The position numbers and the translations under genes were made by a program. From Octopus vulgaris (lineage: Eukaryota), in contig OX597815.1 of the NCBI GenBank assembly GCA_951406725.2, forward strand, positions 181,598,001 to 181,662,000: a DNA stretch of 64,000 bases, read 5' to 3'. The notes under the pieces were generated by a model. That model worked only from the letters and a program-made list of their open reading frames with translations, was not told the origin of the DNA and made no database searches. This document shows positions 1 through 13,411 of this stretch, piece by piece; the stretch's first letter is position 1, and every line of letters begins with the position of its first letter.

Positions 1-1115
1 TACAACTTCAATTAATTTTATTTTCTGTTTTTTGAAATTGTGCAAGATAGTGAAAATATTTTCAGTATAATTATTTTTTTAAAAAGTAATATACTACAAA
101 TGGTTTTACAAATAACTATCTATTTCTCATGATAAGAAATCTATAGAGTGAAGGGCTTTAAATAGATAAAGGTATTCTGTTTCACATATACTTTTTCTTT
201 CAGTTGTTTCAGAAAGAAATATTCGCAAGTGTTTGTAAAAAAAACACCCTTCATGAAATGGTATGTATTAAGTTACAATCAAAATTGTTCATATAATACA
301 TAAGCTGATTGAGAACGAATGTATTTTAGTCACAGTAATAATGTTTTTTTATTGCAGATCGGCTCCGATCGAACAAATTTAGCACTTAATATTCCAGTCA
401 CGATCATCACATCTTTTTCCATATGTACTGGAAATCCAGATTCAAGTTATTAAGTGTATCTTTTCCAAAACGGAAAAAAAGATTTCGTTGCTGTTTGTAG
501 CTGGTTGAGTGAAAGATAAGGTTGGACTGGTTCTAGTTCAGATATTGGAAAAGAAGCAAACCTCGTTTCCAGAACACTTCCCATTTGCGCAGTCTCACAA
601 CACCAATTTCACATTTTAAAAACCATTTTGCGTGTGATGTCTCTTTCGTAACAGGTTGTTGTTAAAATCACTTTCATTAGTCCAGACTTTCCTCCGTTGA
701 GTTCGGTCGAAAGCAGTTGAAACGCCCCACAAAGGCGTTCACCTTTTGACACTGCCCACTGTTTGGTTAGACAGATAATTAATGGAAAACTTGTTACTTA
801 ATCATGTCTTTGTTACTCATCCCAAGCAGTATATTATGATTTACTATTTTCATCATTTATCTATCTGTCTATCTATCTATCTGTCTGTCCGTCCGTCCGG
901 GCGGAGGGGAAGTGGTTGACCCTTAATTTATAGAGCAAATAAAAAAAACTGGAGAGGATACAAAAACTACAAGTACATGTGTATGTAATACATGGTTGTT
1001 ACATGTGTATGTATTCTTCTAATACATTCTAATACACTGGAATAAATAGACATACTAGAATGTATACCGGCTGATGTATGTCGTTTTTGTATCCTCTCCA
1101 TTTCCTTATTCGCCG

Positions 1116-1442
<327 letters not shown>

Positions 1443-1470
1443 AAAGGGGGTGCGTGCGTTTCGTCATATA

Positions 1471-1979
1471 ATATATTAATAAATGAAATAAAACATATGC
1501 ATATATATAAACATATATGTACGTACCTACCTCTTATCTTGTTTTTCCCTGTCCTGTCTTTTACTGTTTATATTTTTGTACTGTCGTTACTGTCCTGTTT
1601 TTTTACCATTTTTTTTTACCATATTTCACCCCTCTGCGAAAAGATCTCAGAATTTTAATTGATTTCCTTTTCGCAGGAAGGAAAGTTTCTTGTCGAAGAT
1701 ACGTCTCGCTTTTATCCTTCGAAAAGTAGAGTAGATGAAACCGTAGCGACTGAAGAAGGGGTTTTTTCTTTGTGTTAATTGTCCTGTACTCTATTTTTTT
1801 GTTGTTTTTTTAAAAAATGTCCAGTTCCTTTGGTTTGTGTCTATGTTTTCGTTTCTCATTGTGTTCGACGTCCCTTTGGTGTCCTGTGCTCATATATGCG
1901 TGTATATGTACATGTAGAGGTAGGTACGTACATATATGTTTATATATATGCATATGTTTTATTTCATTTATTAATATAT
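1471..1979. repeat. 64-bp inverted repeat (1471-1534 / 1916-1979) enclosing a pyrimidine-rich repeat fragment
   Basis: atatattaataaatg...cctacctct is the reverse complement of agaggtagg...ttaatatat. Confidence 0.9.
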
Positions 1980-2036
1980 ATATATATATATGTATATACA
2001 AAATACATACGCACATACATGACATACATATATAAA

Positions 2037-2208
2037 TGGCTGTGTGGTAAAGAGTTTGGTTTCTGTACATAGGGTTTCCGGTTCAGTTCCACTGCGTGGC
2101 ATCTAGAGAGATTGACTTTTACTACATCCCCGGCTTGTGAGTGGATTTGGTGGTCAAAAAGTGAAAGAAGCTTGTACATGTGTATGTATGTGTGTCTGTG
2201 TGTGCATG

Positions 2209-2264
<56 letters not shown>

Positions 2265-2428
2265 TGTTTGGCCCCAAGGACTGCTTGGCAACTGGTGTAA
2301 CTTAATGTTCAGTAAAACTTGGCTGATAGAAAAACCATCATGTTTAAAAAGAAGTACAGGGATCAAGCTGTTCGGCTGAACCCTTTAAGGCGGCGCTCCA
2401 GTATAGCCTCAGCCCCAGAGATAAAAGA
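2037..2428 (+). mobile_element. SINE family B (tRNA-like head, internal microsatellite), diverged copy
   Basis: tggctgtgtggtaa A-box, ggttcagttcc B-box, body shared with many copies in the window. Confidence 0.8.
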
Positions 2429-2779
2429 TCATTTGTATCTTTCTGTATTCGCTATCTCTTCCTCGTTCTTAGAACATCTATGAAGGAACAATGCCGTTTT
2501 CTATAGCTTTTGCGTTGTAAATCCTGCCATCTCCTGCTTTTGTATTTCTTAGTCGTGTTTCTCCTTTTGAATTAAACATCTATTTGCACTTCATATTCAT
2601 CATTTTCTTTACATGAAAAGGAATCCGAAAAAGAAAAGATATATTTATTTGTATTTTTGTGTCGTTATTGTTGTACTCATCAGATTCTTTTCCCAAAACG
2701 TATGACGTAGATTCTGTTCAACTTTAGTGTCGTTTGTTATTTCAAGTTCTTCTGCCTTTTCTTTATGTTTAGATACATT

Positions 2780-3220
2780 CATTTACTTCTTGTTGTTGCG
2801 ATTCCATCTCTGCTGTTGGTTATAATAAACGTCAATATTTTTCAAACCGTCAGATAACTTTCGAGCAATCCATGCTTCCATGCTTCGCTTTATAGCACTT
2901 TGGCTTCTTTCCAACAACTAATACACGAATGTCGTTGTAGTATATAACACAACACAGGCTCGCAGCTGTTAGCATATCGCCAACCTTCGATTTATCTCCA
3001 ACCGGGCAGTTTATGAATATTTCATAGAACAGCGATGAGCCATAACTCTAAGTATTAGTACAAAGATATCTGACATACAAAAGTCGATGAGATAATTTGT
3101 CTTGTCTTCTTCATCACAGAACAAAATTTATTCCGAAAGTTTTCATGAAAAACCACTTGGCGCTCTGCATTTTGTGAAACATGTTTTAGGTGACATTCTT
3201 CGAAGCCCATTTTTCTTCTT
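2780..3220 (-). mobile_element. possible decayed non-LTR ORF1 (zinc-knuckle-like) relic
   Basis: minus-strand translation contains DIRVLVVGKKPKCYKAKHGS, resembling the region preceding an L1/Tx1 ORF1 CCHC knuckle; heavily degenerate. Confidence 0.3.
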
Positions 3221-3251
3221 CCATTGACAGTTATATTGTTGGATAAATATA

Positions 3252-3573
3252 CATTTCTTTACTACCCACAAGGGGCTAAACATAGAGGGAACAAACAAGG
3301 ACAGACAAAGGGATTAAGTCGATTACATCGACCCCAGTGCGTAACTGGTACTTATTTAATCGACCCCGAAAGGATGAAAGGCAAAGTCGACCTCGGCGGA
3401 ATTTGAACTCAGAACGTAGCCTCAGACGAAATACCGCTAGGCATTTCGCCCGGCGCGCTAACGTTTCTGCCAGCTGTCCGCCTCAAAGTAGGCCTTCACG
3501 TACGCTTGGGACTCGACCTCACACCTCTTTGTTTTCGCGTCAATAATGCTACCATTACGCTAGCGTAAATCCT
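3252..3573 (-). mobile_element. SINE family A preceded by an extra tRNA-like unit, between 16-bp direct repeats
   Basis: family A body 3253-3483; direct repeat ttgttggataaatata at 3236-3251 and 3574-3589. Confidence 0.85.
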
Positions 3574-3904
3574 TTGTTGGATAAATATATACGACGGGGA
3601 ATCTTAGTGAAAGTTGATTTTGTTGGATAAAATTTCAGTTTAACAAAGATGATTTAACATGTCTGAAACGTATAAGACGATGAGCTTAGCAGCATCTCGT
3701 CCATATTTATGCTCTGGTTTCAAATTCCACCAACGTCAACTTTGCATTTCATCCTTTCGATGTTGAGCTCTGGGCGCGATCTAACTGACTTCCCACCCCA
3801 ACCCACCCTCGAAATTCCTGGGCTTATACCAAAATTTGAGACCAATGCATCTGAAACATGACACCATTTATTCTTTAAATATAAGAGGTGAATGATTATG
3901 AAGA

Positions 3905-4030
3905 TTTCTTCTTCTTCTTCTTCTTCTTCTTCTTCTTCTTCTTCTTCTTCTTCTTCTTCTTCTTCTTCTACTCCTCCTCCTCCTCCTCCTCCTCCTCATG
4001 GTGGTGATGATGATGATGGGGGTGATGGCG
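3905..4030. repeat. (TTC)n-(CTC)n-(GAT)n microsatellite
   Basis: direct reading. Confidence 0.95.
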
Positions 4031-4627
4031 GCAATGTTTAACACCTGGCCAACCTTCAGTCAGCAATACACTGGACATTGTTATTAAAATTTTGTCCTTT
4101 TTATTTATTTTATTTTCTTAAGATGGAGGCAGGCAGGCTTGAGGGACATTTAGTTGCTTGTTTCAGCAGGTGAAATGACCAGGCAAAGATTCTCTTGGCT
4201 CGTAAAGAGCTGTGAAACAGGTTTGAATTCTTGTCGGAATTACAAACAAGCTAAGCGGCAAAATACAAATGTACGTACCTGTGTTTCAGAAGTTTTGTCA
4301 CACAATTCTAAGAGGTATGTGTGTTCCTTGGATATGTTACGACATAGGTGCTGCAGGTTCCATTAAAATATTTAATAAGCTGAAGATTAAGATGGCAACA
4401 GAAGACAGATATATTGGAATCTGATCTTAGTGTATTTGACCTCACAGAATTTAACAAAGACAGAATATGACAAGCTGAGATTCATAAATAAGAGAATAAT
4501 TTAACAGCATATGTATGCCTGTGTGTGTGTGAAAGAGATACAGAGAAAGAGAGAGAGAGGTTTGAAAGGTAAATAGTGAAAAGTGTTGGCGCATCAGTAT
4601 GTTTGTAAGGTTACGCTTGGTGCGCGT

Positions 4628-4675
<48 letters not shown>

Positions 4676-4806
4676 CTTGTTTGTATTTGACTAGATAAGA
4701 CTATGAGAGTTAGATTACAATGTATACACATAAACAGGTAAGTAGGTGCAAATCAGTGCAGGAGGTTGAGGTATCAACATTCATGACAGACACATAGAAA
4801 AATAGG

Positions 4807-4831
4807 CAGACAGACAGACAGATAGACAGAC

Positions 4832-4919
<88 letters not shown>

Positions 4920-4963
4920 AAAATAGACAGATAGATACATAGATAGATAGAGAGATAGATATC

Positions 4964-5033
<70 letters not shown>

Positions 5034-5123
5034 AAATAGATATATGGATAGATAGAAAATAGATATATAGATAGACAGAGAGATAGATATATATATATAT
5101 AGATAGATAGAGAGATAGATATC

Positions 5124-5192
<69 letters not shown>

Positions 5193-5235
5193 GTAGACAG
5201 ATAGACAGATGGATAGATAGGTAAATAAACAGACA

Positions 5236-5266
<31 letters not shown>
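4807..5266. repeat. (AGAT)n microsatellite
   Basis: direct reading. Confidence 0.97.
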
Positions 5267-5271
<5 letters not shown>

Positions 5272-5976
5272 AGAAATACTAGTGTAGCATTCTTGAGTAA
5301 TTCTGTTTCTATTTTCTTGGTTCAATAAATGGTCATGCATTATAATGCGTTTCTTTGATTTAAGTAAATCTTTTTGATTCTGAGAATCTAAATTACTGCT
5401 TGGATGAAAAGTCAACGTTCTCTTTGTAGTTTATTAATTTCCATAATCTTTTAATACAAATAAATCTATTCTCATATTTCTTTGTGTACAGAGCATATAA
5501 ACTTTGATTCTTAATTTTGTTTTTTATATATCCATTTGAAAAAAAAAGTAGAGGAATTTGCTACGCTTATCATTTCAACATGAATAAATCCGCCAGGCAT
5601 GAAGCAGAAAAATAAACGAAAAAACTGCATTATCAAAGAGGTCAGGATGTAAACTGTTTCTTTTTTTTTTCCATTGAAAGTTGATTCAAGGAATCGTCCA
5701 AAGGCAAGATTGTTGCTTTGCTCTTCCATTTATAGCAGCCGTTTGTTCTTTCGTTACTCAGGATTCCCGAAGGAGACTCTTTAAACTGACAGAAAAAAAA
5801 CGGGGGGGGGGGGGAAGCCATATGGAAATAGCGATGGTTTGCGTATCTGTGTTAACTTATTTCGTCGACGATTCCTAAAACACGCGCACTCGTAATCACA
5901 TGCACACGATAAGTACATGCGAATGAGTGTGCGTCTCTATTCTGTTGCATATTCATGTTATTTTCATAAACATACG

Positions 5977-6048
<72 letters not shown>

Positions 6049-6142
6049 TAGTTGTTCGCAAAAGGAGTTCGTTTTCCGTGTTTTTGTATTTCATGTTCTC
6101 ATTTTTTTATGTTTACGGTTTTTGACGTCTTGTACCCATATA

Positions 6143-6404
6143 AAATATAAAATAAATGCGCCCTTTTAAAGCCTAGCAAGGCTCATGGGCCCGGTTTCCC
6201 GGTTTCTATGGCGTATGTGTTACCCAGCTGGACGGGATGCCAGTCCATTGCAGCGTTACTCATTTTTGCCAGCTGAGTGGACTGGAGCAACATGAAATGA
6301 AGAGTTTTGCTCAAGAACACAACACGTCACCCGGTCCAGGAATCGAAATCACTATCTTACGATCATGATACTGACACCTAACCACTAAGCCACGCGCCTT
6401 TACA
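6143..6404 (-). mobile_element. SINE, head D + tail X, with 13-bp TSD
   Basis: minus strand starts ggcgcgtggcttagtggttaggtgt, B-box tttcgattcc; TSD ttgtacccatata at 6130-6142 and 6405-6417. Confidence 0.88.
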
Positions 6405-7688
6405 TTGTACCCATATATGCATGTGTATACACACACACACACACACACACATACACACATATACATATATAGGTATGTACATGCATGTATGTATATATGC
6501 ATATATATATTATTTATATTAGTATATGATCGAACGCCACGCATCCATTTCCAAGTAAGTTTTATCTTAATTCTGATACGACACTATTCTATCACTATCT
6601 CTCTTTCTCTCTTCTTCCTTCTATATTCTTTTTTCTCTCCCAGCCTTTCTAATTCTTCTCCTCCCCTTCACCGTTCTCTACCTGTCCCTCTCTCTACGTC
6701 ACTCTTCCTCCTTGATTTCTCGTTGCTCACACGTGACCAGCGGCCATCTTTCTTCTCCCAAGTCAAATTTCTTTCTTCTCGTTCAGCTATAAGGGAAGCA
6801 TGCATTTTTGTCTGTCTCCTGTCAAAGCTTGTTTCTCCTGCATTCCCCACTTCACCTCGTTATGGCTTAACAGCCCTTACCGTTTGTTTTAACTGTCCTG
6901 TTTTTTGTTTCCAGCTTTGACCCTCTACAAACCCCAAATTTTATGTAATTTGCTTTGCGGAAACGACTGTTTTGACAAAAACCCATCTTGTCCTAACGCT
7001 CGAAATGCGGAGTAGATGAAATAGTGGACAACTGATGAAGATATTGCTCTTTATGTTGCCTGTATTGTTTTTCTTGTCGTTTCTTTCGATGTTCTCGTTT
7101 TTCATGTTTACATTTTTTGACGTCCTGTATCCATATATGCATGTGTATATACACATATATGTAGATATGTATATGTATATATATATATGTATATATATAT
7201 ATAAATATATAAATATATATATATCACTTATATTATATATATATATATCATTTATATTATCATTATATATATATATAATTAAGAGAAATAACCGCTATTA
7301 AGCAATTCAATAATGAAAAATATTATCCACACCATATAGAAAAAATTTAACATACTATAAATATTATTCAAAAAATCACTAAATTAAATAAACATTAAAT
7401 TGACTACGCGCGTTTCGTGGCTATATCTTTAAATCGATACTATTAAAAAGAGACGGACAGAACACGTACCAGTCTTAAAAAATAAGCACTGTAATCAATT
7501 CGTCTGACTGAAATTCTTCAAGGTGGTGATCCAGCATGGCTACATCTAATGACTGAAACAAGTAAAAGAATGAAAGAATACGGTGCATGTAAAAAATGTC
7601 TACACTACATCATTGTTTCGTATATCATAATGGTACATTATAAACTCCTCTGAATGTTAATTCTTTTCCTGTGTATGAAAAGACATGA

Positions 7689-8003
7689 AGGCACGTGGCG
7701 TAAGGCATTCGGCTCACGACCGTAAGGTCGTGAGTTCAACTCCTGGCGACGCGTTGTGTCCTTGAGAAAGACACTTTATTTCACGTTTCTCCAGTTCACT
7801 CAGCTGGCTAAAATTAGTAGTGTCTGTATTTCAAAGGGCCAGCCTTGTCACATACTGTGTCATGCTGAAGTTCCCAGTGAACTACATTAAGGGTACGCTT
7901 GTCTGTGGAGTGCTCAGCCACTTTCACATTAATTTCACGAGCAGGCTGTTCCGTTGATCGGATCAGCTGGAACCTTCGTCGTCGTAACCGACGGAGGGCC
8001 AGT
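7689..8003 (+). mobile_element. SINE, head D + tail Y
   Basis: gagttcaactcc B-box, tccagttcactcagctgg body as in 6143-6404, tail ending gtcgtaaccgacggag. Confidence 0.82.
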
Positions 8004-9289
8004 ATGAAAGAAAGATCTCTTTGGGAAATTAAGTTAAACAGATTTTTCGAATATTGCTGACTCTTGCCAATCCAATTTTCTCTGGTTTTTTTAGCAAGGC
8101 ATTGTAAAACAATATAGTATCTAATTTATGGCATCTGCACCTGTTTATTGTCTGGGACAGATAACAGCTAATGAAATCTCTCCACTTTACTGATTTGCGA
8201 AAAACTGGAGAAACGGTATTTTTTGGTTACCTTGTAGCAAGTATGGAAACAACAAAATGCGAAATAGAGCTCCTGGGATTAGAAGTCAACAAAGATGGCA
8301 ATATTTAACACATCATAGCAACACCTTAGTATTAGAACGAAGTAGAAACCAACTCAGAATGTCTGTTGTGTTTTCAAGACCATCGACACCCGTGCAGTAG
8401 CCTGGAAATGGCAAACACGAAATAGATTTTGAACAAATGAAAAGTTAACAACAACCAGTCGGAACTTTAACAGATCGAAACGTAGTTAGAACTGTATCTC
8501 TTACGTTAGTCTATTCATTCATCATTGATAATATTTGCATTATCATCAGAACATTTTCATTATTCTTGTCATGCTCAAAGTGATATCATTGATATAGTGT
8601 CTAATGGCTTTTCTAACAAAGAACAGAGTTTGTTTCATGTTGCATTGTTCTAGTAGCGATGTAGTCTAAAAATGACCCCCAGCAACCTTGGCCCTTTTAC
8701 TCATCATTTATGGCATCTAAGACATTCAGGCTTTTCCGTGTTGCTCGGTAACACCAATAACATCAGCGACACAAACCCCTCGCTCATGTCTGTTGTAATG
8801 CATTTATTAACACGATGCTTAAAAGATTATAAATTATTTTTACAATACCAGTAACAATTTAATATAGTCTATTTAGTAATCTTTAACATTATTACCAGCA
8901 TCCACACTGCACTCTGGAAGTAATAACAGAAAACAATTTCTTTAAGCATTATTTATTTTCAAGTTTGTTTACTTTAAGCAGTTGTTTGTTTTTTTAATTC
9001 TTTTGATATTATATTTTACGAAGCTCTCATTTTCTCATTTTATTTCACTTCTTTACCTTTTTTCCCCCAATTTCTTAATCAAATATAAATTTTGAATTTT
9101 CTCATATTTTTTCTCTTGTTGGTCGCTTTTTTATTTATTTTTTTTTTTTTCGTTTTTCATTGTTTCTTTAAATTTCAAATTTATTTTGTTTATTTCCCTT
9201 TCGATAACGAGCCAAAATTTTATTTTATTTACTCTTGATCAATGCCTTGCAAAGTGAGTATTGATTAATAATTTCCTTCGAAAATAAAT

Positions 9290-9300
9290 ATGATGACGAA

Positions 9301-9381
<81 letters not shown>

Positions 9382-9420
9382 AGTGATGATGTGATGGAGG
9401 AAAAGGATGTTGACGATGAT
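9290..9420. repeat. (GAT)n microsatellite
   Basis: direct reading; source of poly-Ser ORF 9225..9554. Confidence 0.95.
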
Positions 9421-9983
9421 AGAGATGATAAAAATAATATTAATATTACTAATACGTGAATAAATGAATAAATAAAATTAAAAAACAAAAAAAAAACCAA
9501 CCACAAAACATCCTTCTTCCTTGCAAATTGTGTAATTACGTAATCCTTTTTCATACAATAATCTTTTTTTTTTTTCCTTTCTTCATTTTACTGCACTATT
9601 TCTAATTATTTTATATTTTTATTTCCCAAATTTCATTCTCAGTCATTTTCTGAGAAATAATATGTTGAAAAAAGTTTGCAATTCATACAACATTATATTA
9701 AATTGCAACTTTTCTCTACGAGTAAATTTTTCTCTCTGTCAATAACAGATAACATCTAAGTCAACATAATCAAGATTTTTTAAAGGCAATGGAGTGGGAA
9801 CGACCATGGAGGACTGGACTAAATGTATTTGGTTTCATCCCTCGACATCTCTGATGATATGCTACCGAAATTGTCTTTGCTTTCCTCCTTCTTGGATCAA
9901 TAAGATATGTATCAGTCATATATTGATGATTAATCAATTGAAAAAAACAATCATTAAATAGAGGTGTGTGTGTGTGGAGGTGT

Positions 9984-10272
9984 GGAGGCACATGGCCTAG
10001 TGGTTAGAGCAGTGGACTCGCGGTCGAGGGATCGCGAGTTCGAATCTCATCTCAGACCGGGCGATGTTTGTGTTTATGAGCGAAATACCTAAGCTCCACG
10101 CGGCTCCGGCAGAACGTAATGGCGAAACTTCTGCTGACTCTTTCGCCACAAATTCCTCTCACTCTTTCCTCCTGCATCTTGCAGCTCACCTGCGACGGAC
10201 AGGCGTCCCGTCCAGGTAGGGAACCTATACGCCAAGGAAACCAGGCATGGCTTGAGAAGGAACAAACAAAAC
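9984..10272 (+). mobile_element. SINE, head C
   Basis: tggcctagtggttagagc A-box, gagttcgaatc B-box; homologous to 19214-19515. Confidence 0.85.
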
Positions 10273-10698
10273 AATATATATATATATATATATATATAAT
10301 TCGTTTAAGCCCTAAATTTCAAACTTTTTAAACTGTGATAATGGAAAGATAAAAATCGTGAGCACTCTTAAGTATTTTACGATAAACATGCTTTAGTGGC
10401 ACAATGATGATGATGACAACGATGACGATGATGATGATGGTGATGGTGATGATACGAAAATGAGGGAGAAAGAGGAAGAAGCAACAACTTATGCTGGAAT
10501 ATTGTTTTTCTTTATCTAGTCAGACGAAGATGGTAAAATGACAAAGTCTGTAAAGCGACAGAAGAAAGATTTGTGATATTTCTTCTGAAATTTTAGGTTC
10601 TAAATTCGCTCCTAGATCAACTTCGCGCCTTTCATCTTTCCACGATTTAGAATATAAAGTTAAACTTGTGGTCTTTTTTCAATATTAGAAATAACTGA

Positions 10699-10925
10699 AG
10701 GCAGTGAACTGGCAGAACCATTATTAGCACGCCGGGCAAAATGTTTAGCGACATTTCATCAGTTTTTACGTTTTGATTTCAAATTCCGCCGAGGTCGACT
10801 TTGCCTTTTTCCCTCTCAGGGGTCGATAAAATAAGTACCAGCTGTACACTAGAGTTTATACAATCGGCTTACCCCCTGTCTCGAAAACTGGCTGGCATTG
10901 TGCCAAAAATTTAAGGAACAAACCA
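10699..10925 (+). mobile_element. SINE family A
   Basis: ctggcagaa...ttagcacgccgggc head and gccgaggtcgactttgcc...ggggtcgataaaataagtaccag core. Confidence 0.85.
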
Positions 10926-11036
10926 ATATTAGAAATAATCATTCATATCGGCGGATTGGATGAGGGTCACTCTGTATTTTGGAAAACCATCTCGAACTGG
11001 TAGATCGGTAGAGGAATGTTTAGCCTGATCTCCTGT

Positions 11037-11296
11037 AGACTAACAGAAACAATTCCTATCATAGTAGGTGCATTAGACATGACAAAAAAATATTCAGACA
11101 AATACATAAGAAAAACACCAGGACTTACAAACACATATAACATACAGAAAATTGCACTACTGGGCACTGCACACATCCTACGCAGAACACTTTCAGTACA
11201 GTAACCATGAGTGTACCACAACAAATCACAGCACATACCCAAGGCACACAGAGCTGCGCTCGGTAGTGAAGTGAAAGCACGCAAAAAAAAATAGTT
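11037..11296 (+). mobile_element. 5'-truncated R4/Dong-like (restriction-like endonuclease) non-LTR retrotransposon 3' end
   Basis: ETIPIIVGALD...IQKIALLGTAHILRRTL* matches the C-terminal motif of R4/Dong-clade proteins; followed by a short 3' UTR, an A-run and (AAT)n. Confidence 0.75.
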
Positions 11297-11360
11297 AATG
11301 ATAATAATAATGATAATAATAATGATAATAATAATGATAATAATAATGATAATAATAATG

Positions 11361-11441
<81 letters not shown>

Positions 11442-11580
11442 TCGAAAAATACCTTAGGAATGAGAACCCAGGTTAGAATTTTCCCCAAGACACCTGATGA
11501 AGGCTGGAGAGTGTATCAGCCGAAACGTTGTGTTAACAACAAACACGAAGAGGATAAATATCTGTCAAATGTAAATAATA
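11297..11580 (+). mobile_element. tRNA-(AAT)n-hammerhead element, head missing
   Basis: (AAT)n then aacatcgaaaaataccttaggaatgagaacccagg...HHR...aaatgtaaataat, shared with other copies. Confidence 0.88.
11489..11534 (+). ncRNA. minimal type I hammerhead ribozyme (intact core)
   Basis: GACAC-CTGATGA-A-GGCTG(gagagtgtat)CAGCC-GAAA-C-GTT-GTGTT: helix I GACAC/GTGTT, helix II 5 bp, palindromic AACGTT helix III, GUU triplet. Confidence 0.85.
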
Positions 11581-11599
11581 TCTATAACCATTTGTTGTT

Positions 11600-11950
11600 C
11601 ATGTAGCATACGAAGTTTACTTCCCACGTAGATCTTGACTAGGTCCCACTGCATGGTATCTTGGGCATGTGTCTTTCTGCTATAGCCACGGCCGACCAAA
11701 GCCTTGTAAGTAGATTTGATAGAAGAAAATTAAAAGAAGCCCATCGTATACGTGCGCGCGTGTGTGTGTGTCTTTGTGTTTGTGTATTTACGCCTCCGTA
11801 ACTTGGCGGTTCGGCAATAGAGACCGCTAGAATAAGTACCTGATTTAAAAGAATAAATACTTTGTCGATTCATGCGACTAAGATTCTTCAAGGCGGTGCT
11901 CCAGCATGGCCGCAGTCTAATGACTGAAACAAGTAAAAGAATAAAAGATA
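11600..11950 (+). mobile_element. SINE family B
   Basis: gccgaccaaagccttgt...aggcggtgctccagcatggccgcagtc...aagtaaaaga. Confidence 0.82.
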
Positions 11951-12803
11951 AGGTGTGAAAGCAAGGATTTATATTGAACACTTATCTTCTCTCTCTAAAA
12001 GTCAATATTTCACCTCAACAATTTTTTTTAAAAGATAATATTTTGTTTAATTTTGTTGATTAAGTTTTATTTAGTCAGAAACTATATATATATATATAGT
12101 CAGAAACTATATATATATATCTATCATATATGCATAAATAAACTAAATCTAAGGTTATTATCAGTGTGAGGCCAATAATTTTATAACAATATAAAATAAG
12201 AACCTATAAAAGACATTAGTTGTAAACGTCAATAGGTTCCGGAATATTAATATATACGAAGAATGAAACCGCATTTTTGATATAAAACCTGAATAGACCA
12301 GTGATCTTTTTCAACGCTTCTAATAGTTTCAAAATCAAAGTTATTCCTCAAAGGTATATTAGGTATATTATTATGTCATTTTTATTTTATCGTTTATCAG
12401 AATAACCTACTTTCTATCTATAGATGAGTATCAATAGATGCAAAGGTTGTGTATGCAACAGTGAATATATTTACATCGAGTGCTAGGAATAGACTGAAGT
12501 AACTTTGGCCTTGCAACTAAATAAATACATGAAAGTCAACATTATACTTTTGTGTTTATATATTTGATGCTTTTAACTGACAAAGATTCTACTATAAATT
12601 TAGAAAAAGTAATGCCTCTTTGACTTTGAGAGAGAGCTTTTAAATATTAAAATATTGAAAGATAAGATAAAAATTTCCAGAAAACAGAATGCGTATTATT
12701 GTTCTGAAAGCGTAAGGGGCTCTGAAGAGGGGTAGTAACTTTGGCGTCTAGCAGTTGCACCTTGCCCGTCGTGGTTCGGCGGACAGGCATCACTAGTTTT
12801 CAT

Positions 12804-13411
12804 TCAACTCCTAATCTCTCGATGGCTCCAAGCGTCACACTCCAGTACCCCTCTTCAGTTGATGGACAAAATCAAGTGAGGAGATGGTGTTAACACTGCA
12901 CCGGAAGGTGAAATACTCTCAGTAGGCTTCCCGAGATGTTCCCGGCTAGGACCGAGAAACATGATCTGACCAACAGCTGAGTCTTTTGGGTCAAGGCGTG
13001 TCTCGGTTAAGAGGCATACAGCTTGTAGAAGAATGGGCTTCCCTGAGCTAACTTGTCCATAATACATTCATGATGATGACAACCAGACCAGAACTCATAA
13101 CGGATCGGTCATCACCTGGGTTGACATCAATGAGTGAACAGGGCTCAGTTTTGCCAACTCACGGAGGGCAGCCGAAGACCGATAGAGGTGGCGAAATTTG
13201 ATTGTGACGTCATCAACCAATGTCCCAAAAACCACTCAGCTTTGGTCAGATCATGTTTCTCGGTCCTAGCCGGGAACATCTCGGGAAGCCTACTGAGAAT
13301 ATTTCACCTTCCGGTGCAGTGTTAACACCATCTCCTCACTTGATTTTGTCCATCAACTGAAGAGGGGTACTGGAGTGTGACGCTAGTAGCCATCGAGAGA
13401 TTAGGAGTTGA
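12804..13411. repeat. long inverted repeat: ~187-bp arms (12804-12990 / 13224-13411) with a 233-bp spacer
   Basis: arms are near-identical reverse complements (tcaactcctaatctctcgatggc... / ...gccatcgagagattaggagttga). Confidence 0.93.
13080..13230 (+). mobile_element. RTE-like LINE ORF C-terminal relic in the IR spacer
   Basis: translation WVDINE*TGLSFANSRRAAEDR*RWRNLIVTSS resembles the RTE C-terminal W.D.I.EWTG...AEDR..WR motif. Confidence 0.6.

Noticed and set aside
1630-1765. Possible hammerheads around ctgaagaagggg and ttcgaaaagtagag (also ctgatgaag near 7032)
   Set aside because: I could not assemble core plus helices I-III in the right order.
7400-7422. Minus-strand GAAACGCGCGTA-GTC, a typical PLE hammerhead 3' half
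   Set aside because: The CUGANGA half is not found, possibly lost at the neighbouring SINE B fragment, so it is not called as a ribozyme.
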